From positions 736,001-800,000 of the forward strand of contig CAXXFL010000005.1 in assembly GCA_963674965.2 (NCBI GenBank): DNA of 64,000 nucleotides, in the 5' to 3' direction. Under the pieces are notes generated by a model. The model was not told the origin of the DNA and did not search any database. It saw nothing but the letters and a program-made list of their open reading frames with translations. Positions 9,525 through 18,270 of the stretch are shown in pieces. Every line of letters begins with the position of its first letter. Position 1 is the stretch's first letter. The position numbers and the translations under genes are program-made. This stretch comes from a bacterium. Its GTDB lineage: Bacteria > RBG-13-61-14 > DATKZS01.

Positions 9525-9753
9525 GTTTTGATACGGGATTTTTTCATAGACTCCTTTCTCGCCATGTTCTACTCTATAAACGCCTGAGAAAGAGAAAATT
9601 TTACCGTCGATATCTATTGTGGAATTGAATTATGGCGAGTATATGGCCCGAATGAGAAATAATTGAGGAATATTTAATTTCAGGACAGGGTGAAATTTTC
9701 GCGCCGCCTCGAGGGAAAGGGGCCTATTAATATCTAGGCCCGCCCGCCGCTCC

Positions 9754-10149
9754 TCACGCGCTGACGTCGAGGCGGGCGCCGGGGACGTGGGCGTCGCGGC
9801 CGCTTTCCATGCCGTTGAAGGCGACGCGGTATTTTTTGGACTGGTTGAGCTGGAGCTCGATCCGGTCCTTGTGTTCACGGACCCTTCTAAGGACGTGGGC
9901 CTGGGAATCGATCATCTCCCGCCGTACGGACTCGATGAAGCGAAGCTCTTCCGGCTCCATTTCCTCCTGGTGGCCGCCGTCCCGGACGTTTTCCTCGAGC
10001 CGCCTGATGTTGGCCGCCCGCGTTTTGTATTCCTCGAGCTGGACGCTCAGTCTCGCGTATTCCTCGAGCTCGAGGCTGACCCCGATATTGGTGATGAGTT
10101 CCTTGGTACGATTGAATTCTTCCAGCAACAACTCGCAGAGGTTAGACAT
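9754..10149 (-). CDS. FliT/FlgN-like flagellar chaperone (assigned by position)
   Basis: Helical 131-aa ORF directly downstream of fliS. Confidence 0.55.
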   Translation of the reverse strand: MSNLCELLLEEFNRTKELITNIGVSLELEEYARLSVQLEEYKTRAANIRRLEENVRDGGHQEEMEPEELRFIESVRREMIDSQAHVLRRVREHKDRIELQLNQSKKYRVAFNGMESGRDAHVPGARLDVSA

Positions 10150-10195
10150 CGCTCCGCCGTCCTTTCCGCTATTCCAGCTATGAATGGGGTCCGAA

Positions 10196-10585
10196 TTATG
10201 AGGCCTTTTTGACCGCTTCTCTCCAGCCTTCGGCCAGTTCCTCCCACACTCCTTTCACGTCGAGCAAATGGGCGGGGTCCTTTTCGGTCCTGGCCTTGAG
10301 TATCCTGGAAAGAACGAAAAGATAGATATCGGTAAGACCCTTGGCAAACTCCTCGTCCACTTCCGGCTTGAGGGCGTGGATAAGCTCCTCCACTATGCGC
10401 TGGGCCTTGGCCAGGTTCTGGTCCATGTCCAGGTATCTTTCCTCGGAGAAGGCTTCCTCGGCCTGGTTTAAATCCCTGGTCACTCCCTCGTAGAGCATGA
10501 CCACCAGGCCGGCTGGAGAGGCCGTCGTCACCGAGGCCTCGCGGTAAAGGTTGAAGGGCGCGTTCATGTTCATCATTTTTTCCAC
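10196..10585 (-). CDS. fliS: Flagellin export chaperone FliS
   Basis: Y...SVTTASP..LVVMLYEG, KAQRIVEEL, L..IY.F, EL.EGW. Confidence 0.92.
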   Translation of the reverse strand: MEKMMNMNAPFNLYREASVTTASPAGLVVMLYEGVTRDLNQAEEAFSEERYLDMDQNLAKAQRIVEELIHALKPEVDEEFAKGLTDIYLFVLSRILKARTEKDPAHLLDVKGVWEELAEGWREAVKKAS

Positions 10586-10588
10586 CTC

Positions 10589-11953
10589 TTATGCTCTATA
10601 TATAGATCCGGCCGCAAGATAATTTTGCTGAGCCTGCATCTCGCTTATGAGGGTCTCCAGCGTGGTGAACTTGTGTTTCAAGTTCTTCTCGTACTCGACC
10701 AGCCTGGCCTCGGCCTCCTGAATCTGGTCGTCGAGCTGGCTGATGGACTCGTCAAAACCGGTGGCGCGGTTGGGAATAATTCCCTCCAGCGGGTCGGTTA
10801 TCTGGGTCACTAGTTCATCAATCTTCGTGCCAAGGCCATCGACCGAGCTGGTACCGGTGAACAGTCTTATCAGCTCGTCGAGGTTTTCCTCGGCCACGTC
10901 CTCGAACTCGGTCTCGTCAAGCTCATAGGTCCCGTCGGACTGGGTCTTGAGTCCCAATTCTCCCAGACTGGTGATCCCGCCTCCCAACCCGCTGATAGGA
11001 GTCATGAAAAGCTTTTGGAAGTCCATCTGGATGGACCGTATGGCCGAGTCGCCCGACAAGGGTCCGGCTTCCTTGGTAGTCTCGTTGTAATGGGCCTGCT
11101 TATGGAAGAACTCGGCTATATCGTTATAGGCGTCCATAAAATCTTTTATATTGTCCTTGACCGCGTCCTTGTCGGGCGAGATAACGAGGGCGATTTCCTG
11201 TCCCGCCTCGGTCACGTTGAGAACATCCATGCTCAGGCCGGGAAGAATGTTCTCAATCTCGTTGGTGGCGCTGGCCACGGTGATGCCGTCGACGGTCACG
11301 CTGGCGTCCGCCGCGTCCTGGACCTGGGTAAAGCTCAGGCCCTGGCCGCCGGTAAGCCCGCCGGCGTCGATGGTAATTGCCTGGTCCTCGCCGGTGTCGG
11401 CCGAGCTGATCACCAGTTGGTAGGGCTCGTCACCGCCGGAGTTTATAAGCCAGGCCTTGACGTTGGCGCCGGAGTTGTTAATGGAGTCTACCAGGGAACC
11501 GAGGGTATCGTTCGAGGAATCCACCGTTATATCGGTGGTTTCTCCATCCACGGTAATGGAGAGCGTGCCCGCGCCCACGCTGGTGGCCGTGGTGTCGGCG
11601 TACCCGTTCGAGGTCTCGACCTCGGACTGGGCCACCGAGTTGACCTTGACGTGGTGCGTGCCGGTCGTGGCCTGGCCCGTTATATTGGCCTTGAAATAAC
11701 CCGACTCGCTCATGCTGGACTCGTAGACGTCCCAGGAGGAGCTTTTCTTCAGCTTTTCGGCAATGTCCTCCAAGGCTTGAAGCTTGTCCGAAAGGTCCTG
11801 GAAAAGGTCTTTTTGCTTTTCCATGATGGACTTTCGAGCTTCCAGCTTATCGATGGGCATCCTCTCGAGTTTGACCAGGTTCTCGACTATTCCGGCCGTA
11901 TCCAAACCGGATGCCAAACCTGAAAACGTTATCGCGGGATTTCTGACTTCCAT
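10589..11953 (-). CDS. fliD: Flagellar filament cap protein
   Basis: ITFSGLASGLDT..IV..L; ADASVTVDG; LSGDSAIRSIQ; C-terminal KFTTLETLISEMQAQ. Confidence 0.95.
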   Translation of the reverse strand: MEVRNPAITFSGLASGLDTAGIVENLVKLERMPIDKLEARKSIMEKQKDLFQDLSDKLQALEDIAEKLKKSSSWDVYESSMSESGYFKANITGQATTGTHHVKVNSVAQSEVETSNGYADTTATSVGAGTLSITVDGETTDITVDSSNDTLGSLVDSINNSGANVKAWLINSGGDEPYQLVISSADTGEDQAITIDAGGLTGGQGLSFTQVQDAADASVTVDGITVASATNEIENILPGLSMDVLNVTEAGQEIALVISPDKDAVKDNIKDFMDAYNDIAEFFHKQAHYNETTKEAGPLSGDSAIRSIQMDFQKLFMTPISGLGGGITSLGELGLKTQSDGTYELDETEFEDVAEENLDELIRLFTGTSSVDGLGTKIDELVTQITDPLEGIIPNRATGFDESISQLDDQIQEAEARLVEYEKNLKHKFTTLETLISEMQAQQNYLAAGSIYRA

Positions 11954-12016
11954 AACACTCTCCTGGACCGCGAGAATGGCATATCGGCCATCTCGCTTTC
12001 ATGGCCTTATACTTAC

Positions 12017-12043
12017 TTATCGGCTTTTTTCGGGCAATATTTA
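12017..12043 (-). promoter_or_regulatory. Sigma28 (FliA) promoter for fliD-fliS
   Basis: TAAA-N15-GCCGATAA, exact consensus; the -35 overlaps the flaG stop codon. Confidence 0.85.
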
Positions 12044-12499
12044 TACCTGTTTGTCAAATAAAAGGCCGTTTAATTCCTCCATGGTTTGCGACAGTTTAAC
12101 CCACTCTTCAGGCGGTATTTGAGCGACTTCCTCGCCGCTTTCCTTGTCCGTGACTTTGATAATCATCCTTTCGTCTTCCGGGTCGAACTGGAATTTCAGA
12201 GCCTGGTTCTTGATCGCCGCGGTCTCGTTCAATTCCTCGAGCTTTCTTTGCATGGCGTTAATCACTTTTTCGTCGTCCACTATATGGGTGGCGCTATCCT
12301 CGGGCCTTGTCTTGTCCGGATCGGTAATTTTTTCCGGGGCCGTCGGGACCACCGCGGAAGCGGAGACTATGGACCCGCCTTCCTCCCCGACCACCTGGAC
12401 CCGGTTGGAAGACGAAGAAGCGGCCTCACTCATCGACTTGATGCGCTGGGCGCGGTCGACCGGAGACTCCTGAGAAGTGGGAGATATCTTGGCTATCAT
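12041..12499 (-). CDS. flaG: Flagellar protein FlaG
   Basis: LKFQFD...MIIKVTDKESGEEVAQIPPEE; GLLFDKQV. Confidence 0.9.
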   Translation of the reverse strand: MIAKISPTSQESPVDRAQRIKSMSEAASSSSNRVQVVGEEGGSIVSASAVVPTAPEKITDPDKTRPEDSATHIVDDEKVINAMQRKLEELNETAAIKNQALKFQFDPEDERMIIKVTDKESGEEVAQIPPEEWVKLSQTMEELNGLLFDKQV

Positions 12500-12526
12500 A
12501 GCGACCTCCCTCCTTTTTACGTTGCC

Positions 12527-12570
12527 TTGACGGCGTAAAGGGCGGTGCGCGCCCCGCCTCTACGCGTCAA
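12527..12570 (-). other. Intergenic stem-loop between fliC and flaG (mRNA stabiliser or partial terminator)
   Basis: TTGACGCGTAGAGGCGG...CCGCCCTTTACGCCGTCAA; no U-tract. Confidence 0.55.
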
Positions 12571-12578
12571 AGATTTGC

Positions 12579-13415
12579 TTAGCCTTGGAGAAGTCCCAGG
12601 GCTATCTGCGGGTTCATGTTCGCCTGAGACAAGACGCTGATGCCGGCCTGCTGGATGATCTGGTACTTGATCATCTGCGAGGTTTCCTTGGCGACATCCA
12701 CGTCCCGGATTCGTGACTCGGCGGCGATGCTGTTCTCGATGGCGATTCCCAGGTTGTTGATCGTGGTCTGGAGCCTGTTCTGCGCGGCGCCCATTTCGCT
12801 CCTTATATCGACGACCGAGGATATGGCGTCGTCGATGGCGGTCAGGGCGGCGTCGGTGTCGGCGCTGGCCGACGAGCTGATGTCCAGGGTGCTGATTCCG
12901 AGGTCCGAGGCCAGGGCCGAGGTCAGGGTAACCGCGAAGGTGTCCACGTCGGCCGTGGTGCCAACGTCGACCTGGAAGGTGACCGAGGTGGTGGAACCGT
13001 CAAGCAGCTTGGTACCATTGAAATTGGTCGCCTTGGCGATACGGTCGATCTCGTCGGTCAGGGCCTGGAACTCGCTGTCAAGCATGTCCTTCTGGTCGTC
13101 GCTCACCGTCCCGTTGGCGCTCTGCATGGTCAGCTCGCGAAGCCTCACAAGCTTCGAGCTCACCTCATTGAGGGCGCCCTCCGCGATCTGAAGCATCGAG
13201 ATGCCGTCCATCGAGTTGCGGGAGGCCTGCTCCAAGCTGGCCACCTGTGAACGAAGGCTCTCCGAAATCGCGAGTCCAGCGGCGTCGTCGCCGGCGGAAA
13301 CGATCCTTAGACCGGAACTTAACCTGGAAAGCGATTTGTTAAGATTGGTGTTAGCCGTGCTCAGGTTGCGCTGAGCGTTGATTGATGCCGGGTTGTTGTT
13401 GATTACTAATCCCAT
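12579..13415 (-). CDS. fliC: Flagellin, short form (278 aa)
   Basis: INNN.AS.NAQR.L, RLSSGLRI..A.DDAAGLAISE, GAAQNRL, SRIRDVD.A.E. Confidence 0.97.
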   Translation of the reverse strand: MGLVINNNPASINAQRNLSTANTNLNKSLSRLSSGLRIVSAGDDAAGLAISESLRSQVASLEQASRNSMDGISMLQIAEGALNEVSSKLVRLRELTMQSANGTVSDDQKDMLDSEFQALTDEIDRIAKATNFNGTKLLDGSTTSVTFQVDVGTTADVDTFAVTLTSALASDLGISTLDISSSASADTDAALTAIDDAISSVVDIRSEMGAAQNRLQTTINNLGIAIENSIAAESRIRDVDVAKETSQMIKYQIIQQAGISVLSQANMNPQIALGLLQG

Positions 13416-13502
13416 TTTAATCCTCCTTTCTTGGCAATACTGAGATCGCCACGATTTATTTTATTTGCTCCTCCTTCGAGTCGCTTTCCTCCTACACTAT
13501 AC

Positions 13503-13529
13503 TTATCGGACCCAATTTGAGATACTTTA
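13503..13529 (-). promoter_or_regulatory. Sigma28 (FliA) promoter for fliC
   Basis: TAAA-N15-TCCGATAA with an AT-rich upstream element. Confidence 0.85.
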
Positions 13530-13580
13530 GAACTTTTTTAAATTTTTATTCTTTTTTTCAACTCCTCTAAAATAAAGATA

Positions 13581-13766
13581 GAGCCTTTTGCATAGGTCCC
13601 GCTTTGGAGTGCGGCGGCTCGACGACGCTTTTCTTCCGAGCGGCTTTACGCGAGGCTAGCCGTTGTATTCTTGGGCTTTTTCAAGCCAAGGCCATCGAAA
13701 GCGCTCTCAAGCGACCACAATCCAAAGCGGCTATGCCGCCAAGAAAGGGACTTTTGCAAGAAGCTC
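13581..13766. mobile_element. 186-bp MITE-like element, copy 2 (inverted relative to copy 1)
   Basis: TIRs GAGCCTTTTGCATAG / TTTTGCAAGAAGCTC; GATA direct repeat on both flanks. Confidence 0.85.
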
Positions 13767-13891
13767 GATAAATAGATGATAAATCCGGGCATTTTATTGA
13801 CGGAGGACTTTGGGGGGAAAGGGGGACGGCTTTTTCGGTAATCGAAATTCAATAGGCCGGGCTCAAGGAACCGCTATTTGCCGAAATAGAG

Positions 13892-13921
13892 AAAAAGTGG
13901 GCCCCGCCAGAAGCGGGGCCC
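13892..13921 (-). terminator. Rho-independent terminator after the HDOD gene
   Basis: GGGCCCCGC-loop-GCGGGGCCC followed by ACTTTTT. Confidence 0.7.
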
Positions 13922-13948
13922 GGTGAAGAAGAAATACACTATATGTAA

Positions 13949-14788
13949 TCAGGCCGCGAAGAGCTTCTTTGCCTCCTCGTAGCTCTGGGTGATGTAGACG
14001 CTTATGTCCTCCAGGTCTTTTTCGCTCATATTGAAAAGCTCCATGGGCTCGAACATGAAAAGATCGATTTCAGGGTCCGGATTGCGAAAACCAATGCCCA
14101 GCTTGCGGCAAAGAACGTTTACAAGAGATATGACCGCGACCCTTTCCTTGACGTCCTCACCGGCCAGGATGAACTCGTGGTGAGCAAGCACCATCTTTAA
14201 CAACTCCTCCTCCATGTTCCAGCGGCCAAGCACCATGGTGCCCACCTCGACGTGGGTAAACCCGAAAGCCTCGGCCTCGGCGTCGATAATGTCCTCCTTT
14301 TCAAGGTCCACCCGGTCCAGCACCCCGCGGTATTCAGGTATCTCTCCCAGCATGACAACCTTGCCCATGTCGTGGAAAAGCCCGCCCAGGTAGACCTCGT
14401 CGGCCCATTTGAAGCCCAGGCGCTTGGCCAGCTCGGCCGACCCGTTGGCCACGCCCATGCTGTGGTCCCAAAGGAGTTGCTCGTGCTCCCCGAAGCTGGG
14501 ATAGAGGTTTCGAAGCGAAGCCGCGAGAAGCAGTTTCTGCAGGTTCCTGTACCCGAGCAGCATAATGGCCTGAGTAAGGGTCTTGGCCGGTTTCCGGGGC
14601 CGAAAGTAGCTCGAGTTCGAGAGCTTTAATATGGACGAACTCATGCCCTGGTCCTGGCTGATGAGCTTGTTAAGCTGGACCGGCGTGGTGTTCTCGTCCG
14701 AGATCATCTCCATTACCTTGACCGCGATTACGGGTATGGTCGGTATGTTCTTGATCTTTTGAGTGATTAGTTGAAGCTTGTCTTCCAT
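13949..14788 (-). CDS. HDOD domain protein
   Basis: IPTIP, ILKLSNSSYF, LWDHS, GLFHDMGK, FGFTHVEVG. Confidence 0.9.
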   Translation of the reverse strand: MEDKLQLITQKIKNIPTIPVIAVKVMEMISDENTTPVQLNKLISQDQGMSSSILKLSNSSYFRPRKPAKTLTQAIMLLGYRNLQKLLLAASLRNLYPSFGEHEQLLWDHSMGVANGSAELAKRLGFKWADEVYLGGLFHDMGKVVMLGEIPEYRGVLDRVDLEKEDIIDAEAEAFGFTHVEVGTMVLGRWNMEEELLKMVLAHHEFILAGEDVKERVAVISLVNVLCRKLGIGFRNPDPEIDLFMFEPMELFNMSEKDLEDISVYITQSYEEAKKLFAA

Positions 14789-14813
14789 TTTATCCCTCCA
14801 TGCGAGCGGCCGG

Positions 14814-17800
14814 TCAGACGGCGGCCGTTTGCTCGTGTTTTCTCGGAATCGTCTCGAGCTTTTCTCCCAGCCCGGGCAGCGACCGCGTTAAATTGGCCGA
14901 GTTCTCCATGAACTTGTCGAACAACATCTCCTGCCCCGAGGCGGCGAGACGCCCGGCCATTTCGGCCAAGACCCCCTCGGCTTCCTCCTCGGTGGCGTTG
15001 ATCTCTATCTCCACGTCCTCTCCCGCCAGTTGGTGGATGAAAAGAACGCCGAGGGACGAGCGGAGAGTGGGCGGATTGATCGCGGCCCAGGTCTCGAGGG
15101 CCTCCACTATCTGTCCCGTGTATAAAAGGGACTCGCCCAGGTACTCGCGGGCGATAAAGGTCCGCTCCGACGCCGGGTCGCCGAAGATGGCCGAGCGCAG
15201 GAACCATTCTCCCGCCCTCTTGAAGTTGCCCGTTTGAAAGAAGACCTCGGCCCCCAGGAACCAGAAAGCCTCATCCTTGGGATGGTCCTTGAGCCAGTCC
15301 GTCAGGCGGGCGAAGCCCCGCTGCGCGTCCAGCCCGGAAAAGTCCACCCGGCAAAGGCCCAGCGCGGAGTCCCGGTCCGCGGGATTGGCCGAGAGCGCCG
15401 TCTCGAAATACTCCCGGGCCTGGTCCAGTTCTCCCCGCCTCAGCCTGACCTCGGCCAGTCCGCGCAGGGCCAGCCAGGAGGTCACCCCCGGCTGGGGCAC
15501 CACGTGCAGGGCCTTGCCGTCGAACTCCCTGCAGGCCTCGAAATGACGGCCGGCCTCTTCCAGGTTTCCCGCGGCCAGGTTAAGCCCGGCCGCCAGGTAG
15601 TGCAGGTTGGGCGTGGGTTTGATCCCGGTTTTAAAGGCCCAGTTTACGACCTCGAGGCCGGCCTGGTGTTCCTTTTTCTTATACAGCTCGAGGGCGTAGC
15701 GGGCGCATATCTCGGCGGAGAAGGGCAGCCGGTTTCGTTTTCCCGGCGCCGCCTCGCGCAGCTTGTCGTATACTTTTGCGATAAGCTCGAGGGCCTCCTC
15801 GTCCGTGGCCCGGTCGCGTCGGTGCTCGGCGTATTTATACCAGGCGTAGAGGTCGTCGGGATTGTCCTTGAGTTGTTTCTGGAAAATCCTCTCGTTCCTC
15901 TCGAATTTTTCCTTGTCCTCCATCACCGGCTCTGAGTAGCCCTTGTGGAGTATCCGGATATCGGTCAGGTCCTTATAACTCAAGCCGTGCTTGATGGCGT
16001 AAGGGGTAAGGGAAGGATGGACCTGCTCGTGTATGGCGCCCTGGAAACGGACCCCCGGCGTCTTGCGGAAAAGACGCAACACCAGGCACTCGAAACTTTC
16101 CTTGTCTTTCCTCAAGTTGGTGATGGGCAGGTAATAGGCCACCGCCTCGGGGTCCTCGACCGCTTGCCGGATCAGGTCGGCCGAGCCCTCTCCCAATACT
16201 TCGTCGGCGTCAAGCACCAGAATCCAGTCGCCCGAGGCGTGGTAAATGGAAACGTTTCTGGCCGCGGAAAAATCATCCTCCCACTCCTTGAGGTAGACCC
16301 GGGCCCCGTATTCGCGAGCTATCTTGGCCGTCCGGTCCGTGCTGCCAGTGTCAACCAATATTATCTCGTCGGCCGCGTCCCTGGCCGCCTCGAGGCACTC
16401 GGCCAGGCAGTCCTCCTCGTTCTTCGCGATCATGCAAAGAGAGACGCGAGGGCGGGAGCCAACCTCGGCCGCCGCCGGCTTGTCCTTTTCGCTTTTTTTA
16501 TCGCCGCCTTCCTGGGACAACTCGTCGACGTTGGCCAGGTGCTCCGAGATGAAGGGCCACTTGTCGATGAACTTTTGCATGTTCTCTTTGAGGAGCGCCT
16601 TGTAATCGATCTTGATGTTCGAGTAAGTCTTGGTGCCGTAGTGGTGTATGAAAACGTCGTTGGCCACCACCGGCTTGTAACCGGCAAAGCGGGTCCTTAG
16701 CGAAAAGTCGTCGTCCTCGAAATTGCCCAGGCCGAACCGCTCGTCCAGGCCGCCTATTTTGAGATAAAGCTCGCGTGGAAAGAGCATGCAAAGACCGACG
16801 ATCATGTTGGTCTCCCAGCGCTCTCCCTTGTGCTTTTCGTGAAAGCGGCCCGCGAACTCGTGCATCTGCTCCATGTTTTTATAATCGAGGCCCTCGAGCT
16901 TCTGGGCGCCCCTGATGAAGTTGCAGCGGGGACCCACCACTCCGACCTTGTCGTCCTCCTCGAAGGGCTGTAAAAGGTGTTTGAGCCAGCCCTTGGTAAC
17001 GACCACGTCGTTATTTAAAAGAAGCATGTGAGTGCCCCTCGAGACGGCCATGCCCTGGTTGCACCCCGCGGGAAAGCCCCGGTTTTCCTTGTTAAATACG
17101 GCCCTTATATCCGGCTGGGCCTTGAGCCACTCGACGGTGCCGTCCTTGCTTCCGTTGTCCACCACCACCAGCTCGTGAGGCTCGGGCGTGTATTTCCTTA
17201 TGCTCTCGACGCACTCCTTCGTATAAGGGAGCTGGCCGCAGGTGAGCATGACGATACTGACCATGGTCTCGGGCCGGGGAACGGCGCGGACAAGGTACTG
17301 ATATACCCTGCCGTCCTCCTCGAGGGTCGAGGCGTCGATGCCCCGTTTCAGTAGTTCCCTGGTCAACCCCTCTGGCCAAAGGCCCATGTCCGAGGTCACC
17401 TGGGCCAGGGCCTCGATCATGTAGCCGCCCGCGACGAAAAAGTCGATAAGACTCGATCGCGTGAAAAAACGAAGATGGGTGCGGTCCAGAATGCCCGCTT
17501 CCCGGTAGTCCCATCTCCCCTCGATCAGGTCACGCAGAACGGACTGGTGCCTCACGTTGGGAAGGCTGGCCACCACGCACCCGCCGGGCGCCAGAAGTTT
17601 ATGGGACTTCTTTATCAATTCCTCGGGGTCCCGAAGGTGCTCGAGTACGTCGGCGAAAACGATAGCGTCAAAGCCGCCTCCGGCCTGGCCCAGCGCCTCT
17701 TCAACGTCGCCGCAAATGACCCGGTCCAGTTTCTCCTCGGCCTTTCGCGCCACGCTCTCGACCAGCTCGACGCCGGTAACCCGGCATTCCCGCTCCTTTT

Positions 17801-17972
17801 TCAGCTCAGCGCCCAAGGCGCCCGATCCGCAGCCCACGTCCAGAATATTGACGGCCTCGGCCGGAATCAGACGCCGAACCTCGGGCCGGGACATCCCGTA
17901 ATAGTTAGTAGGCTTGTCTTGGGATGGCCCCTTTTTTTTGCCGCGCTTTTGACGGTCTTTATTTTTTGGCAT
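14814..17972 (-). CDS. Multidomain SAM methyltransferase-GT2-GT2-TPR protein (likely flagellin glycosyltransferase)
   Basis: LDVGCGSG and DVLEHL; VVDNGS.DGT and LLNND; SLCMIAKNEE, DDFSAARN, LDADE; TPR-like C-terminus. Confidence 0.88.
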   Translation of the reverse strand: MPKNKDRQKRGKKKGPSQDKPTNYYGMSRPEVRRLIPAEAVNILDVGCGSGALGAELKKERECRVTGVELVESVARKAEEKLDRVICGDVEEALGQAGGGFDAIVFADVLEHLRDPEELIKKSHKLLAPGGCVVASLPNVRHQSVLRDLIEGRWDYREAGILDRTHLRFFTRSSLIDFFVAGGYMIEALAQVTSDMGLWPEGLTRELLKRGIDASTLEEDGRVYQYLVRAVPRPETMVSIVMLTCGQLPYTKECVESIRKYTPEPHELVVVDNGSKDGTVEWLKAQPDIRAVFNKENRGFPAGCNQGMAVSRGTHMLLLNNDVVVTKGWLKHLLQPFEEDDKVGVVGPRCNFIRGAQKLEGLDYKNMEQMHEFAGRFHEKHKGERWETNMIVGLCMLFPRELYLKIGGLDERFGLGNFEDDDFSLRTRFAGYKPVVANDVFIHHYGTKTYSNIKIDYKALLKENMQKFIDKWPFISEHLANVDELSQEGGDKKSEKDKPAAAEVGSRPRVSLCMIAKNEEDCLAECLEAARDAADEIILVDTGSTDRTAKIAREYGARVYLKEWEDDFSAARNVSIYHASGDWILVLDADEVLGEGSADLIRQAVEDPEAVAYYLPITNLRKDKESFECLVLRLFRKTPGVRFQGAIHEQVHPSLTPYAIKHGLSYKDLTDIRILHKGYSEPVMEDKEKFERNERIFQKQLKDNPDDLYAWYKYAEHRRDRATDEEALELIAKVYDKLREAAPGKRNRLPFSAEICARYALELYKKKEHQAGLEVVNWAFKTGIKPTPNLHYLAAGLNLAAGNLEEAGRHFEACREFDGKALHVVPQPGVTSWLALRGLAEVRLRRGELDQAREYFETALSANPADRDSALGLCRVDFSGLDAQRGFARLTDWLKDHPKDEAFWFLGAEVFFQTGNFKRAGEWFLRSAIFGDPASERTFIAREYLGESLLYTGQIVEALETWAAINPPTLRSSLGVLFIHQLAGEDVEIEINATEEEAEGVLAEMAGRLAASGQEMLFDKFMENSANLTRSLPGLGEKLETIPRKHEQTAAV

Positions 17973-18013
17973 ATTTTCTCTCCAGGCTAAGGGATAATGC
18001 TACCAAATGAACA

Positions 18014-18029
18014 AGCACTTTCCGTGCCG
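18014..18029 (-). promoter_or_regulatory. Sigma54 -24/-12 promoter
   Basis: CGGCACGGAAAGTGCT (GG-N10-GC) about 40 bp upstream of the GT start. Confidence 0.7.
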
Positions 18030-18270
18030 GGAGAAGCCCTTTTTTTAAGCGCTATAAAACGGTAAGTTAACCCGAGGTTTATAACGGAGCGGAGCGTAAG
18101 TAGAGCGATTTATAACTGACGGGAAGATATTTCCCTGACGATTTTTCCCATCCGAGACACAATTTCCCAGAATCGAGATTTGTGCGAATGACTCGAATGA
18201 ACGATTTTTCATCTGACTAATGCTGAATCTGTTTTTTGAAAAACCAGCGGAAAAAACACTGGCTCAGCGC

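Noticed and set aside
9325-9531. 68-aa ORFs at 9325-9531 and 13646-13852 that resemble each other
   Set aside because: The similarity comes from the repeated non-coding element.
9339-13766. Composite transposon that delivered the flagellin genes
   Set aside because: Each copy has its own target duplication, the outer flanks do not match, and no transposase is present.
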